64,000 nt of DNA from Eledone cirrhosa (Eukaryota). Below the pieces are notes generated by a model, which was not told the DNA's origin, made no database searches, and saw nothing but the letters and a program-made list of their open reading frames with translations. The stretch covers positions 250,790,001-250,854,000 of the forward strand of contig OZ024743.1 of the NCBI GenBank assembly GCA_964016885.1, written 5' to 3'. Position numbers and translations under genes: made by a program. Shown here piece after piece: positions 25,351 to 40,130 of the stretch (the first letter of the stretch is position 1; each line of letters begins with the position of its first letter).

Positions 25351-26943
25351 GAGTTTTGATGTCACTGGCACCAAGCTATATCAGCCTTTATCCTTCTCTT
25401 AGGCAACATCGGTGGTGTGGAGAGGAGATACTGTTATGCATGGATGACTGCTGGTCTTCCACAAAAGTACCTTGCCGAAGCATGTAATTTGGAGAGGAAC
25501 ATTCTATGTGCAAATCCAGAGGTATTTGTGACTGAAGGGTGGCAATGATGATATATATAACTGCTACTTCTTTACAAAAAATTACCATCTTTCCAACGTT
25601 GTGCTGAGTGGCCATGAGCCTGCAAATGAATCTATAACCCTACCCCACTCATGCATACCTTTATACAGATGCATACCTTTATGCATAAGGCCTTTTGATA
25701 GATTTGAATGTAATTTGCTCTCTATGCATTCTTATGTGACATTTGATTCCAGCAGCAGACTCACAAACTTTGTTACAAAACTGGCACGAATACTCCACAG
25801 AATTTTCAGGGTGGACATCAACATAATTGACCTAAAACTGCTGATTGCTTTTAGCTCTTAAATGACTAACAAGCCCAGCATGAGAAACAACAACCTTTTT
25901 GAAGATGTTACAGACATGCTCCAACCAGATATCCTCTAGGACTACATTATCCCCCCTAAGTGCTCTTTTAAACCCTGAATGCTCAATGCATTTGACCTCA
26001 AATCGATTACAACCATCATAAACCAGCCCTCTTCAGCCAGACCTACTCTCTGCCTCATCTTCCCAATCCTTGACATTTATACCAGGAGTCTTCAGGTTGC
26101 CTTTAGCAATACCTTTGAAATGTTTCTTGGGTTTGTGTCTGGACATACAGAGACATCTCGATTAACACCAAGATAAGTGTCTACATATCCTGGGTCCTAA
26201 CTACTCTCTAGTTCTCTTCTGAGACTTAGACCACATGCTGGCATCATGTCTAGACATTACTTCAAGAATAACTTCTATATATAAAATGGTAAAATTGTAA
26301 TGTAGTCACAATTACAACAATGATGACTACAGCAACACCGGGAATAACAAAGACAGCAATAACTACTGTGACATCGATGACAGAAACAACAATGACAACA
26401 ATAACGACGATCACAACAACAATGGCAATAACAACAACAAAACATCTCTTTCTCTCACTCCCCTTCCTATTTCTGTATTTCTAAAATTTAATTTCAGTTA
26501 TTGCTATTATTTTGGCTAGTGGGAAAAATATTTGTGGTGGTGGTGATTGTTGCAATATCAGTGGTATAGTATTGTGGTAGCAATGTGGTAGTAGTTCACA
26601 GACAGATACCCACATATACTAAGACAGATTATCACCATCATCATCGTTTTATCTTTTTTACACACTGGCATGGGCTTACCTTAACCAATTAGCATTTACA
26701 TTACTCTATATTTACTATTATATTTTCATGGTAAAGGTTTTACCTCACATAATTATCTCACAGAATATTGAAGCTATAAGATTTTGACATTATTTATTTT
26801 GAGAACAATACTTTAACATCAGTATGAGTGGCTGGTTACAGCCGGTTTGAACAGAAAGAGGTTAGAGGATTCTGGCTGGATATGGCTAGTTTAAATGCTA
26901 AAAGGTTAAACATATAAATGCTAAAAGGTTAAACATTCATACA

Positions 26944-27230
26944 GAAGACCCGCCTTGCCTAAGTACTAAGTACAAAACGAAACCTACAGTCAGTAGGCAC
27001 CTCTAAAAAAATACCCCCCCCCCCTGTCCCAAAACATCCAGTCCGAAACAAATGAGGTCGTGTAGGTGTCATGACAAAAAAACACACAGTCCACGCTGTA
27101 ATGTGGCCGTGTAGGTAACACGGTAAAAACCTCCCAGTCCACACTGTAAATGTGGTTGGTGTTAGGAAGAGCATCCAGCCGTAGAAAACCCGCCAGACAG
27201 TCCTATACGAGCAGGACAACAAATCTTGCC
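26944..27230 (+). mobile_element. RTE 3' end fragment (family of 18372-21930)
   Basis: Reverse-complement match to 18455-18900. Confidence 0.8.
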
Positions 27231-28049
27231 AGCTCTTAAAAATTCTTGTTTTTTAAAAAATCATTTGAAAACCATTGGTAATGATTTCTATTAAAAATAT
27301 GGTAATGAAAGTGTTAAGGCATCTTATTTAAGTAAACTTAGCAAAACAAGCAGTTTACTCTGAAATTCTTCCAAATTTTAAAAGCTGCTTATTTTCATAT
27401 TTTCATGATTACATAGTTCTATTTTGTTGTTTTAGTTCTGTTTTATTTTAAAAATTATATTAGAAAGAAAAAATCACCAAGAAAGAGAGAGAAAAAGCAA
27501 ACATTTTTCTATATTTTTTTCCTGTATTTTTTTTGCTCCAATAATGAGTCGTTTAACATGAGTGAAAAAAATTGAACAACGGATAGTTTTGGCGACATTT
27601 TGTTAAATTTGAAATATTTACTGAGCCGGAAGCAAATTGGATATGATGATAATGTCGTAATTTCTGTTCCATAATTGATTCCGCGACAAGAGTCTCGTAA
27701 CTGGTATTATATTGAGAGTAGAACAGGAAAAAAGATAATGATAAACTAGTGTAAGAAACTGACAGAAATATATTCTTATATTCTTTTTATTCTTTAACAG
27801 ATTTCAATCATTATACTATGGCCATGCTGCAGCACTGACTTCAAGTCGATCATATCAACCCCAGTATTTATTGTTTTGAAGTTTGATACTTATGTTATCG
27901 ATCACTTATTTTTTTATTGAACCACCAAGTTATAGGATATAAATAAAGATGGACACAAACCATAAACAAGGACACATACACACATACATACATACACTCA
28001 CACACATAAACATACATACAATGCATGTATGTATGTGTGATCATTGTAC

Positions 28050-28660
28050 TTATGAAATGTAACGCAGACAACAATTTTACACAACATCAAAAAGACGAGA
28101 GAAAACTTAAGAGATGATTTAGAAATACAAGATTTAAAATCCTAAACTCCACACTACAGCAGCTGAAACAGGAACTCACAGACACAGAGCTGAAAATCAA
28201 AAATATATATCTACAGCATATAAACAGCAAACACTGAATAGATTATTTGCCAGAGATCTAAAATTGGTTTATTGTAGCATTAACATGAAAGGCTCAGTTT
28301 CTTCTGTAAAAGACACCCCTATAGAAACTCTGATTGAGAGCTTTTGGTGGTTATTATAGGAAACAAATGATGAGTTCAGTGAACAAGTTCTATGGCTAGA
28401 ACTAGATTAGAGTTGCTATCAGCATTTTCAACAAAAACAATATGAAATAGATGGCACAATACTAGAAACAGTCCTACAGAATGTGTCAAATAGGAAATCC
28501 TCAAGTCCAGACCTCATAACAGGTTACTGTTTTAAGAATCTCACCTTTATCTACAAGATCTGATAAATTGTATAGAGAAAATATCAAGGGTTCACATGAA
28601 CGACCTTAATGGATATCAACTGCCATTACTCTCTTCATCCTTAAAAATGGTTGGACCAAC
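28050..28660 (+). mobile_element. Old R4/Dong-like non-LTR relic
   Basis: Translates NRKSSSPDLITGYCFKNLT..WISTAITLFILKN, resembling the R4-type RT domain 0/1 consensus NWKAPGPD.I.G.W.K..WL..G.T.LIPK. Confidence 0.5.
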
Positions 28661-29518
28661 CAATGTTTATTTCTGAGGATAAAGAGTGAGATGGAATTAT
28701 TTTGTTGAGGCTAATACTATGGAGTTACATAACTACTATGGATTAGTCAATATATCGATATTATCAGGATTAATTTAGCCCTTTAAAATAATTGTAAAAC
28801 AATTCAACACTGCATCGTGTTTTTTTGGTTTTCATTGTTCAAGCTATATGTAGATATATATTATGAATTATCGAAAAGGTGAGAAATATCAAATTTGAAA
28901 ACCCCAAATGTTGAAAATAACTAACAACAGTTGATCATTATAAATAACTTAGAAAATTGGGAAAAATACCTCTGGCTACTTTTTTCCATCTCTGGGGTAG
29001 TTAACTCAATGTTCTAAGCTATTATTTCTAGAGATCAACTGTTGTAATTATTTTCTGCATTTAAGATTCTCATATCTTCATATATATACTGTATATGTAT
29101 ATATAGATATATGGGGTGGTCGGGCAAGTGAGAGAGTGGTAGGAAGTCACAGTAGAGATAGACCAAGGAAGACCTGGGCAGAGGCGGTTAGAGCTGATCT
29201 CAAATTACTAAGATTCACAGAGGAGCATGGAAAATTGGATGTTAAAACGATGATGATGATGAAGATATATAAAGTAGCTATAATAAAAAAAATAGTCACT
29301 TAAGTTGATAAACTGGAGAGAGCTCAGTGAAAGCTGCCAATTCTATCAGACCCTTGTCTCAGATCTGATTTTCTTATCTGGCTTACTGTCTGCTGCTGGA
29401 GGAGCAGGAGAGGGGTAGGGTGTAAAACATACCATGTGGGTGAGATACAGGTGGCGTGGGGGCATGGGAGATCCACTTGAGTGATTATGACACTTCTACT
29501 TCTATGGGGGCAGTACGT

Positions 29519-29560
29519 AGCGCTGATGATTGCCAAACAGCATGAAACAGACTGTTAGCT
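29519..29560 (+). ncRNA. Compact type I hammerhead
   Basis: AGCG CTGATGA T-TGC CAAACA GCA-T GAAA CAG A CTG TT AGCT. Confidence 0.68.
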
Positions 29561-30651
29561 TCTCTGCCTTCTTTCGCCGAAAAGAAGTAAGTGACATAGT
29601 CACTTTAAAATTGATAGCGTAAGGTCTTCAAAATGTTTTTAATTAAACATACGGTATATTGCCAAATATACTATGCATACATTCATGTATACATCGCTAT
29701 TACAGAGCACCAATCCTAATACTATATATATATATAGATTGATATAGATATGTGTATGTGTGTATAGGAAGGCATGTGGCTTAGTGATTAGAGTGTTGGA
29801 TTCACAATTGTGAGGTTTTGAGTTCAACTCCCAGTTGAAGTGACACTTTATTTTACATTGCTCTAGTACACCCAGCTGTTAAAAATGAGTTGTACCCAGT
29901 ATGATGCTGAATCTCCCTGATAACTAAATTAAGATTGTATATGTTTGTGGTATAATTAGTTTGTTTTTTTATAAATTAAGCTACTGATTAACACTGAAAT
30001 TTGATGTTATGTTTGAATTTTTATTGCATACATATATATATATAAATATACAGAGACACATATACATATTCATATACACACACTCACGTCTAGTGTAACC
30101 TTAACTCAACCTTCTATAGCCTCACACTTTGTTTAGAGACTTGCTTTTACACAGGTAAGAGGTTATAACAGATACAAAACAATAATTCTTACATAGATAT
30201 ATATATACATTATACAATGTTTCCAAGACACAGTGTATGTGTGTGTATACATATATATCTACGAACACACTTATACACATCCTATATACAAAAACATACA
30301 TAAATATACATACACATTTAATATTTACACAAGTATTCATAATATATACATACACAAAAACACAGCATATATACACATCACACATACATATGCACAGACT
30401 CACAACAAACATACATATTCATACTCACACAATATATACACTGTAGTCATACATGTGAACACATTTTCCCATAAAACATACACACAACAAACATACATAT
30501 GCATGCACACACAATATATACACTGCAATCACACATGCAAACACATTTACATACACACAACATACATCATACATATATGCACATACACATATTCCCATAC
30601 ACAACATCGAAATGCTCAAAAAGCACACACAACACACACACACCACAGCAG

Positions 30652-31045
30652 ACACACAGAAATTACAGTAGACACACACACACACAGAAATTACAGTAGA
30701 CACACACATACACACACACAGAAATTACAGTAGACACACACACACAGAATTACAGTAGACACACACACACACACACACAGAAATTACAGTAGACACACAC
30801 ACACACACAGAAATTACAGTAGACACAGACACACACACACAGAATTACAGTAGACACACACACACACACAGAAATTACAGTAGACACAGACACACACACA
30901 CACACAGAATTACAGTAGACACACTCACACACACAGAAATTACAGTAGACACACTCACACACACAGAAATTACAGTAGACACAGACACACACACACAGAA
31001 TTACAGTAGACACACACACACAGAAATTACAGTAGACACACTGAC
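30652..31045. repeat. Minisatellite CAGAAATTACAGTAGA + (CA)n, about 13 units
   Basis: Constant 15-16-mer separated by variable CA runs. Confidence 0.92.
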
Positions 31046-31334
31046 ACCAAGCCATAATCAGATTTATTATGATATTAACGAGTAGTGTTTCATCATCTAC
31101 TCAGCTCAGCACTTCATCATGTAACTGACCTCTGGATCATCTGCTAAAGAAGGGTACCCCCATCATAGACAGACACAAAGCTGTCCCCCTCCTCAACCCC
31201 ATACTACCACTACACACACAAAATAAAAACAAAAAAAATGTTTAAATGATCATAATAACAAAAATTAACATACACAGAAAAGCCAACTTAAATAAAATGC
31301 AATAATTATCCTCATTAAAATGTGTGTATACACA

Positions 31335-31585
31335 CACATGCAGAATGTATACACACAACATGCAGCTACATACACAACATATACACATAACATGCAGAAC
31401 ATATACACACAACATATACACACAACATGCAGCTACATACACAACATATACACACAACATGCAGCTACATACACAACATATACACAACATATACACACAA
31501 CATGCTCCCACATACAGATCATATTCACAACATGCACCTATATACATAATATATATACATAACATGCATCCACACATACACACAC
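31335..31585. repeat. CA-rich minisatellite (ACACAACATGCAGCTACAT-like)
   Basis: Repeated ACACAACAT units. Confidence 0.75.
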
Positions 31586-32144
31586 ACCCTTTCTATATAT
31601 CACTCACTAATTAAATGAAGCTATCCACCTCCTAATTTAATCAACATACTAACTACTAAAGAAATAGGGGATCTTCCTGTTTCCTTTCCAACCCATTCTC
31701 TCCCTTCCTCCCCTCCTAGCATTCTGCACTTGAAAGGGTTCAAATCTGAAGAACTGCGTTTCCTGACATTGAAGATGTTCCAACATAACAGACGCAACAC
31801 CCACCCACACACATTTCAATTTGTTAAATTTTGAGAGAAAAAATTTCACCTTTGGCCTTCAAGACACATGGTAAATTTTCCAGTCATATTTTAGGGAAAA
31901 AAAACATGTTCCATGCAAGGAAATATGGTGAGGCTAATCCCCAGGTTTTGGGGTCGATATGGTCAACTAAATCAAAGTGTATCCCAGCATCGCTTCAGTC
32001 TAATGACTGAAATCAGTAAGAGAATAAAGATACTTAAAATTAAATCTAGGTGGGCATCAAAAGGGGTTGTAGAAGAGTGCTCCCCAAAAAATATTGTCCA
32101 ACTCCTGCCAGCATGTAAAAGTAGATGTGAAAATGATGATCATG

Positions 32145-32194
<50 letters not shown>

Positions 32195-32200
<6 letters not shown>

Positions 32201-33444
32201 CCAAAAAGTCCATTCGATATTTTTGGTGAAAATTAGACACAGTTTTAAACCGAACGTAATTTATTCAATCAATGATATATTTGCCATTTTGTTCCAGTAC
32301 CTTCCGTCATCTTCTAGATAGATCCATTATTCCTTGTTCAAAGAATTTCCTGTCTTTACTGGTAAAGAACACTTCCAAATGAATGTTCACATCTTCTGGA
32401 GAATTAATGGACTGTCCATCAAAGAATTTTGAAGAGACCCAAATAGGTGGAATTTTGAAGGTGCAAGGTCAAGGAAATATGGCGGGTGAGGCAAAACTTC
32501 CCAGGCAAGCCCTAGTAACTTCTGCCATGTCTGCAAGGAAGTGTATGGTTTGTCATTGTCTTGATGAGAGACAATACCCTTTTGATTAGCAAATTCTAGA
32601 CACCTCTGGTAGATCGCTGCATTTAATTTTGTCCAGCTGTTCACAGTACACATCTGAATTGATGAGAATTGTGAGAATAAGCTCATAAAAGACAACACCT
32701 TTCTAATCTCACCAAATTGAAAGCATAATCTTCTTTGGTTGAAGTCCTGCATTGGAGCTTCTTTGTGATGCTTCTTGGTGCTTCCCCCATGATCGTTTTT
32801 GCTTCACATTGTTATAGACGTCCGTTTTTCATCTCCAGTTACCATTTTCTTCATCTTTAACATAGGAATCACAGATGGAAATCTATTGGGTGAAGTTGGC
32901 TTCATCCATGGAGAACCCAAACATCAAGCCTGTTGACGTAACCAAGCTTATGCAGGTGGTTTTGAACACTTGATTTAGATATCTGGAGAATATCTGCGAT
33001 CTCCCTGATTGTAAAATGGGAGTTGGTGTTGGCTAACTCCTTCACTTAGTCACTGCTAATCACAGTTGGCCGTCCAGAGCAAGGTACATCTTGAATAGAA
33101 AAATTTCCCAATCAAAATCTTGAAAACCTCTTTTGGTATACATGTTCTGCACCAGCATCCTCTCCCTACACAGCACATATGTTCCTGCAAGTTTCTGATG
33201 CTTTCTGCTTTCTTAACTTTTTAAAAATAAAAAAGCATGATTTGTTGATAATGTTCATTTTGATTCAGCATTTTGAGGGTTATGATAAACTCACAAAAAA
33301 AACTGATCTTATTGGAGTTTTGCAATGAACTACTTTGAAGTAGCAAGTATCTAATCAGAAGGATAAAAGTAAAGTCAGCAACTATGGGAGTTCCTGAAGT
33401 TTAGTATTGGCAAAAACCGAACAAGCATTTTAGCCAAGCCAATA
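32195..33444 (-). mobile_element. Mariner DNA transposon relic, about 1.25 kb
   Basis: HQDNDKPY..LAWEVLPHPPYFLDLAPSKFHLFGSLQNSL (mariner YSPDLAP region); degenerate TIRs TATTGGCCAAAAAGTCCATTCG / CCGAAC..TAGCCAAGCCAATA with TA ends. Confidence 0.88.
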
Positions 33445-34514
33445 TATTCATTTATTTGTTTTTCGTTCAACTGAGACCATGCCAGGGCACACCCTTGAAA
33501 GGTTTATGGTCAACCATATTGATCCCAGTACTGTCACAATAGACTATATCAGTATACTTCAGCAAAACTCGTAGCTGCATCATGACAACACCCTGGCACT
33601 TTCATTCCAGCCAATTTAAGTTTTCTTGGCAAAAGAATGGTATTTCATTCATTCGCCAGGCCTAGATGGTTGTTCCCAAAAATGAAGATGCTACTAATAG
33701 GTTCCCAATTTGTGAGATGAAGGGACAACATGTGGACTGTGATAGCAGAGCTCAGAGCTATTAAGGGACACATCCCCAAACATACTTTTAACAGGGTTAT
33801 AGGATTGCTGAGCCAAGAGTGTGGAGGCAAATGATGCCTGCTTTGAAAGGGATTAACAATTGAATCCCACACAGTCTGTATTTTCCCCCAGTCTAAGGTC
33901 ATATACTATATATGTGTATATATGAATATATACATGCATACTGGCAACATCAAGATTGTTCATCTCTTGACCTTTATCTCAAATATGAGTGGCTCAACAT
34001 GACATTTTAGCCCACCCAAGGATTTAGATTCGTTGCTGCATATGGTGCAGGAAAGAAAAAGGAAAAAACTATGCTCACATAATACATGTGGAAGTCATTT
34101 AGATCAAGTGATGCTTGTGCTTAAAGCTTTTTTTAAGCAAAGAAAAACCTTGCACTGGACCAATTGCACTCTCTGAACAATGGTGATAGGTCTCCAAAAA
34201 GAAAAACAGGGCAACATCAGTGCCTGCCATCGAGGCTCAGGTTTTACATCAGAGTTTTCCTTCTCCTCGAATGGCATCCTAACAAGAACTAGGGTCTCTC
34301 ACTCCTGTGCATAATACAAAGCATACACACACCTGTGCACATATACACACACACACATATACACTGGGGCATATACACTTACATGAATATACATAAATAT
34401 GCAAATATCTCTTTTCATTTTTGTGTATCTTCACAACTGCTCTCTGTTTACATAAGTGAATCAATATATACACACATACACACATATCTACACACATCCA
34501 ATACACACACACAC

Positions 34515-34567
<53 letters not shown>

Positions 34568-36180
34568 TATATTATATACTTATATGCACATACAAACATA
34601 ACTATTTATATACTTTAACTGCTTGGCAAAGAATACGATCTATTTTGTCAGCTAAAAGGAAGTTGAGAAAGTGGTTAGTAGTTGTTTGGCATGAATCCCA
34701 GTCAAGTTAAGTGTAAGTAACAGATTGACTTGGCTCAATTTATATTTCTTGGTCAATGCAGGAACGGTCTTTTACTGCTTCTTATTTCACACACTTGGAA
34801 TCAGTAGGTCACACATTGCTTGAATCTAACTGAGAACTGATGTTTGTGGATTTGTAAATCCATGAGAATGACAAAGAAACCAGCTGATAAAACACTTGTA
34901 TTTCATACCTCCATATGTTCTTCCTTGACAAAATTGATGCAGACAGGGATAGATTTGCCATTAAATAAAATAAGCACAGGCTTAGGGCATCAAGGGAATA
35001 GGGGTACAAGTTTTATCAAAATTAGATGTATATATAATTCCAAAATAATTTTTTTTTGCAGACTTTATGTATGTGGAGGGGGGGGGGGGGGGGGGCACCA
35101 TAATCTGTTAAGTGCATAGGACTCAAAAGGATTTAATCCAGCCCTGGACTCCAGCATAGCTGAGTGATTTAAAGCAGCGTGCTTTATCATAAATCACAAG
35201 GTCCAGAATTTCAGTTCAATCCTATGCAGTACATCTTTGGCAAGTGTCTTTTATCATAGTGTCAGACATGGAAAAGGCTTTGTGAACGAAATTGGATGTA
35301 TGTATGACAGTAGTTAAGGAGTCCACTTCCAGACCATGTGGTTTGGGGTTTCAGTCCCCTGTATGATACCATGGGCAAGTGTGCTTTGCTATAGTCGCAG
35401 GTTGATTAGTACCTTGTCAGGGAAATTTGATACACAAAATTTTCAGAAGCCCATTGTATACACACACACATACATATATACATCATCATTTTTACAACAG
35501 CTTTTCCATGCTTGCATGGGTTGGACATGATGATCATGAAGATATATATATATATATAAACACACACACATATTTGCATATATATGTGCAAAAACATATT
35601 CACATACACATGTGTGTGTGCATGTGTGAATATGTCCCAGAACTTAGAAGTGTGAAAAGAAAAATACTGAGTTCAATATGATTAACTAAATCCTTTCAAT
35701 GTAGTGCACCAACATGGTCACATCTACTGACTAAGCAATAAACAAAGAACTAAATAACTAAATACATAAATAACTGCACCTAGTATTTGACCTTATGTGA
35801 CCTCAAAAATGTCATTAATTTGGCTAAGTGGATAGCTTCATTGTCACAATCAACATTGGGTTGGGTCTAAATATGTGATAGACACTTCCTTTTCAATGTT
35901 TTTTTTACTATTATGTATATAATTTATTTTCTCCATTTAGTATTGTTATTGTACCCTTTATTTTACTGGTTTCAGCCATTAGACAGCAGCCATACAGGAG
36001 CATCACTTTGAAAGTATTTAGTAGATCATATCGAACCTGGTATTTTTTTTAAAGACTGGTACTTATTTTATCAATCTCTTTTTGTCAATCTGATAAATTA
36101 CAAGAGAGAGACACACATATATACACATATATACACACATATGTATATATGCATATACACACGCACATATGTATGCATAT

Positions 36181-36211
<31 letters not shown>

Positions 36212-36499
36212 AAAATATGTATATGCACATACACACACATATGCATGCACATATACACACACACACATATATATATATACACATACACATGTATAATCAC
36301 ATATGTATATGTACATAAACACACGTATGTATATGCGCACACGTACACACACATATATATAGGTTTTAAAGGTGCAAATTAATTGCAGCCGTAGGCAGTA
36401 TGCTCAATGAGCACACAATGCTTTTGGGGAGCAGAGTATCAATAATAATTATATATAAGAGAACAAATAATCAGTGTTGCATCATATACTTATTTAATT

Positions 36500-36575
36500 A
36501 CATATTACAAATGTTTTGCTGTCGATCAGTTAATGATCGAACCTGACTCTGGAATCGGAAGCTCCTCAGATATGT
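36500..36575 (-). ncRNA. Decayed type I hammerhead with an inverted partial copy (36605-36655)
   Basis: Minus strand: ACATAT CTGAGGA GCT..TCGATCA TTAAC TGATCGA..AGC AAAA CATTTG TA ATATGT (G12 to A). Confidence 0.6.
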
Positions 36576-38589
36576 GTTAATATGTAGATGCGAGTGTTGT
36601 TAATACATATCTAAGGCGCTTCAGATTCTAGAGTCAGGTTCGATCATTAATCGATCATTCATCGAGCTGATCGACTGAGAAGACTTGAACTCACACCTGC
36701 CATATTCTGTGTGGTTGTGCTACCATTTACATCAGAGTGGTGCTGGATGTCTTTTATCATGGCACCACCAATAGGGAGGTTATGTCTTTGAGATAAGTGA
36801 AGACTTCTCTCGACCTTTTGTTTGGCATATTTCCCACAGCTGGAGGCCCTTCATATCAAGAACCCCTTTACAGAGTGTACATGTTATATTTTATCATGGC
36901 ACAAATGCTAATGAGTTTGTCATGTCCTTGACACCACTGTTGAGTCCTCCCAACACTTTATTTGGCATGGTTTCCAACGTCAACATTTTAACAACATTAA
37001 AGAAAACAACAAATATGCTTCTATACTTGAATCTACCTGGAGAATTAGAAGCTAAGTAACTATATTGAATTCTTTCCACGATACACTCTGAGATAATTGA
37101 TATTCTTCTGAAGAACAACAGTCAAACAGAATGCAATTTCAAAATTTTGAAAAACATGTTAATAATAAAAGTTTTATTTCAAATTAATATGATACAAAAC
37201 TCCACAAAAACAACAACAGTAACAGAACCAGCCAAAATATTAAAAGAACTTCAATAAGAACAATAATTAATTTTTTCCCCAAAATCTATTTTGAAACCAA
37301 AAAGGAAATACAGTAAATTATTTAAACTAATAATAATGAAATATTATTTAAATATATATATTTATTTATTTCAAATCAAATATACCTTTCTAAATGTGTC
37401 CTCAACCTATCATTGCTATAAAACTTTGATTTCTTCCACAAAGAATTTTATTTCTGATTCATATTTATTTTATTATTATTTTTTTGTTTTTATATTTTTT
37501 ATTTTTCTTATATAGTTTTTGCTGGTGAATGAAATTAAATAATTAAAAAAATATACCCTTTAATTTATTTTTTTTTTTTTGATAACTTTTTTTTAATATT
37601 CCAATTAATATTCATGCCACTTTTATTTAATAATTAAATTTCTGTCATTATCAAAACTGCAGTACTTAAAAAGACACCAACTACACATACCCTATCCACC
37701 CACCCACTCTCTTTCTCTCTCTGATTTATACATTCATTGATCTACTGCTACTGCTGTTGCTGTGGCTACTTCTGCTGCTGTTGCTGCCTAAATTGGTTAT
37801 ACCATCTTAATTTATAACTGTATTGCTTCTTAAATTGTGGCACATTCTTCTTCGATCGATAGAAAAGACTCAGAATAGAAGAGAGAGGAAAGTGTGGAAA
37901 GTAAATTAAAAAACAAGAAAAACAATGATGCAAAACATAAAACAAAAGAACTAATCCACCCCCACTTCAATAAATATTATTTAATTATAGAACTCGGAAT
38001 TGGTAAATTCTTTATTTGTATTTTCTCATCAAAGACAATAAATGGATTTAGAAATGATCTTATTGAAAATATTCTGTCAACATTTTTTTTCCCAACGAAG
38101 TATAAAGTATGATACATAACACTACAGAATGCAACACTGCATAACTGCATAACTGCACAACTGCAAGACAATATACAAACAATAATAGACCACTACACCA
38201 AGAATAACGTCCAATCCACACTATAGTTGCCTTTTTATATAGATCTATATATACACACACACGCACACATTTATCTATACACACACACACATATATATAC
38301 ATATATATATATAGCACTAAGACACCATTTAAGCATGTTTAGGGTTGTATATGAAAATATATATAAACATATACTATATGTTTATATACGATCTTTCGTC
38401 AATGGCACTCACTGATAAAAGAATAACAAACCTTGAAACAGCATTGTTTGACATTCTGTTGTATATTCACGGAGAAAAATATGGAAAAATAATTTTGTTT
38501 CGTTACGTAAAAATACTTTTCTTTGATAGCAGGACTATTCATATGTTTGTTGTATATAAACATATAGGATATGTTAATATGTTTTCAAG

Positions 38590-38975
38590 TCCAGAGCGGC
38601 CTACAGGATAAAGTGGGAAGCATTGCTGGATAAAGAAGTGAGGACCAGGATGCTGCTACTATTGCGTCCAAATTCCGAGAACTCTCTGAGCAAACTGATA
38701 ACTTTTAGATAGTGAAGATTGTTCAGTGCAACAGATTTTGCTTTGGCTGTTAAATGCTGTGGGTGAAATAGGCTTAGTGTGGCGCCGGATGGCAAGATGA
38801 CATCTTGCTTCAATCAAGAGGTCAAAGATGCCATCTGAGCAAAGAAGGAAGCTTACAAATCTTGGCTTGGAAATACGTCCTCTTTCTTGTACTTGCAGTA
38901 CGGGCAGGCACGAAGATTCGCAGCTAAGACAAAGTTAAGACATGGGAGGACATTGGAGTTAAGCTGGAATCTATG
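38590..38975 (+). mobile_element. Old RTE fragment
   Basis: RIKWEALLDKEVR..NQEVKDAI*AKKEAYKSWL, the linker region of RTE ORFs. Confidence 0.55.
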
Positions 38976-39011
38976 GCCTTAACTCTGTGTGACATTAAGC
39001 ATTAAGTTACA

Positions 39012-39590
39012 ATAATTGTTTCTACTTTTGGCACAAGGCAAGCAATTATCTTAGTGCATAACTGGTACTTTACTTTATCGACCCCGTAAGGGTGAAAGGC
39101 AAAGTTAACCTCGACGGAACTTGAACTCAGATCATAAAGAGCCGTAACTCTATGCTGCAAAGCATAGTGTCCGACCTTCTATCGATACTGCCAATCCACA
39201 GCCCTTATAATTGTTTCTACTTTTGGCACAAGGCCAGAAATTATATCAGTGCATTACTGGTGCTTTATCTTATCGACCTCGTAAGGCTGGAATGCAAAGT
39301 TAACATCGGCGGTATTTGAACTCAGGCCGTAATGGTGTGGCGTCCGACCCTCTACTCACACTGCCAATCTACCACCTACCATTGAGTTATAATAATAATT
39401 GTTTCTACTTTTGGTACAAGGCCAGCAATTACCCAGTGCATTAATGGTACTTTATTTTATCGACCCCGAAAGGATGAACGGCAAAGTTAACCTCAGCGAG
39501 ATTTGAACTCAGAATGGCAAGGGCCGTAACTCTATGCGTCAAAGCATGGCGTCCGACCCTCTACCGATACTGCCAATCCACCGCCTATAT
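39012..39590 (-). mobile_element. Three tandem copies of SINE family 2, next to (AAT)n
   Basis: Units start ATAATTGTTTCTACTTTTGG at about 39012, 39207 and 39395. Confidence 0.85.
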
Positions 39591-39595
39591 TGAGT

Positions 39596-39631
<36 letters not shown>

Positions 39632-40130
39632 CGTTTCTTTATTAGGCACACATAGCTTACATTAAGAGGATGATAAAAATGGCTCAGACGGTACAGTGAG
39701 GATTTTTTGTTTGAAAGAAAAGTTTATAACAAAGGCAAAATAAATGAAATTTAAAAAATCAAGCATACGCAGAGTAAGTCCATTCACTTGGACAATGGCC
39801 GCCTCTCTCATCCACCTTTCAACAAACTGGTTGGAAGGCAGCATTTCCCTCTCCACCTTAATTTTTCTGTTCAGGTAAAACCTGAAAAAGTTATTCAGGG
39901 CTTCGCCGAATAGGAAAGTGCTTGTCTTCAACCCTTTCGAGTGCGTCCATCACACAACCTTTTTGCCATGGCTACGTGGCAGATAAAAACTGCCTGTCCT
40001 TCTCAGCTAAAGGAAGACGGCAGGGTGAACTTCCCAATGGACTCAGTTGATAATCAGATCCATCCCACACGTGGCAGCAAGTGTTCGATGTAAGCCCACA
40101 AATCAACAATACTCGGAAACTCGACATATG
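39632..40130 (-). mobile_element. Tx1/L1 3' fragment (a further fragment at 40365-40650)
   Basis: MAKKVV..KGLKTSTFLFGEAL..FFRFYLNRKIKVEREML is homologous to the C-terminus at 56940-57275. Confidence 0.75.

Noticed and set aside
30652-31045. CRISPR-like constant repeat with variable spacers
   Set aside because: Spacers are only (CA)n runs; eukaryotic context and no cas genes.
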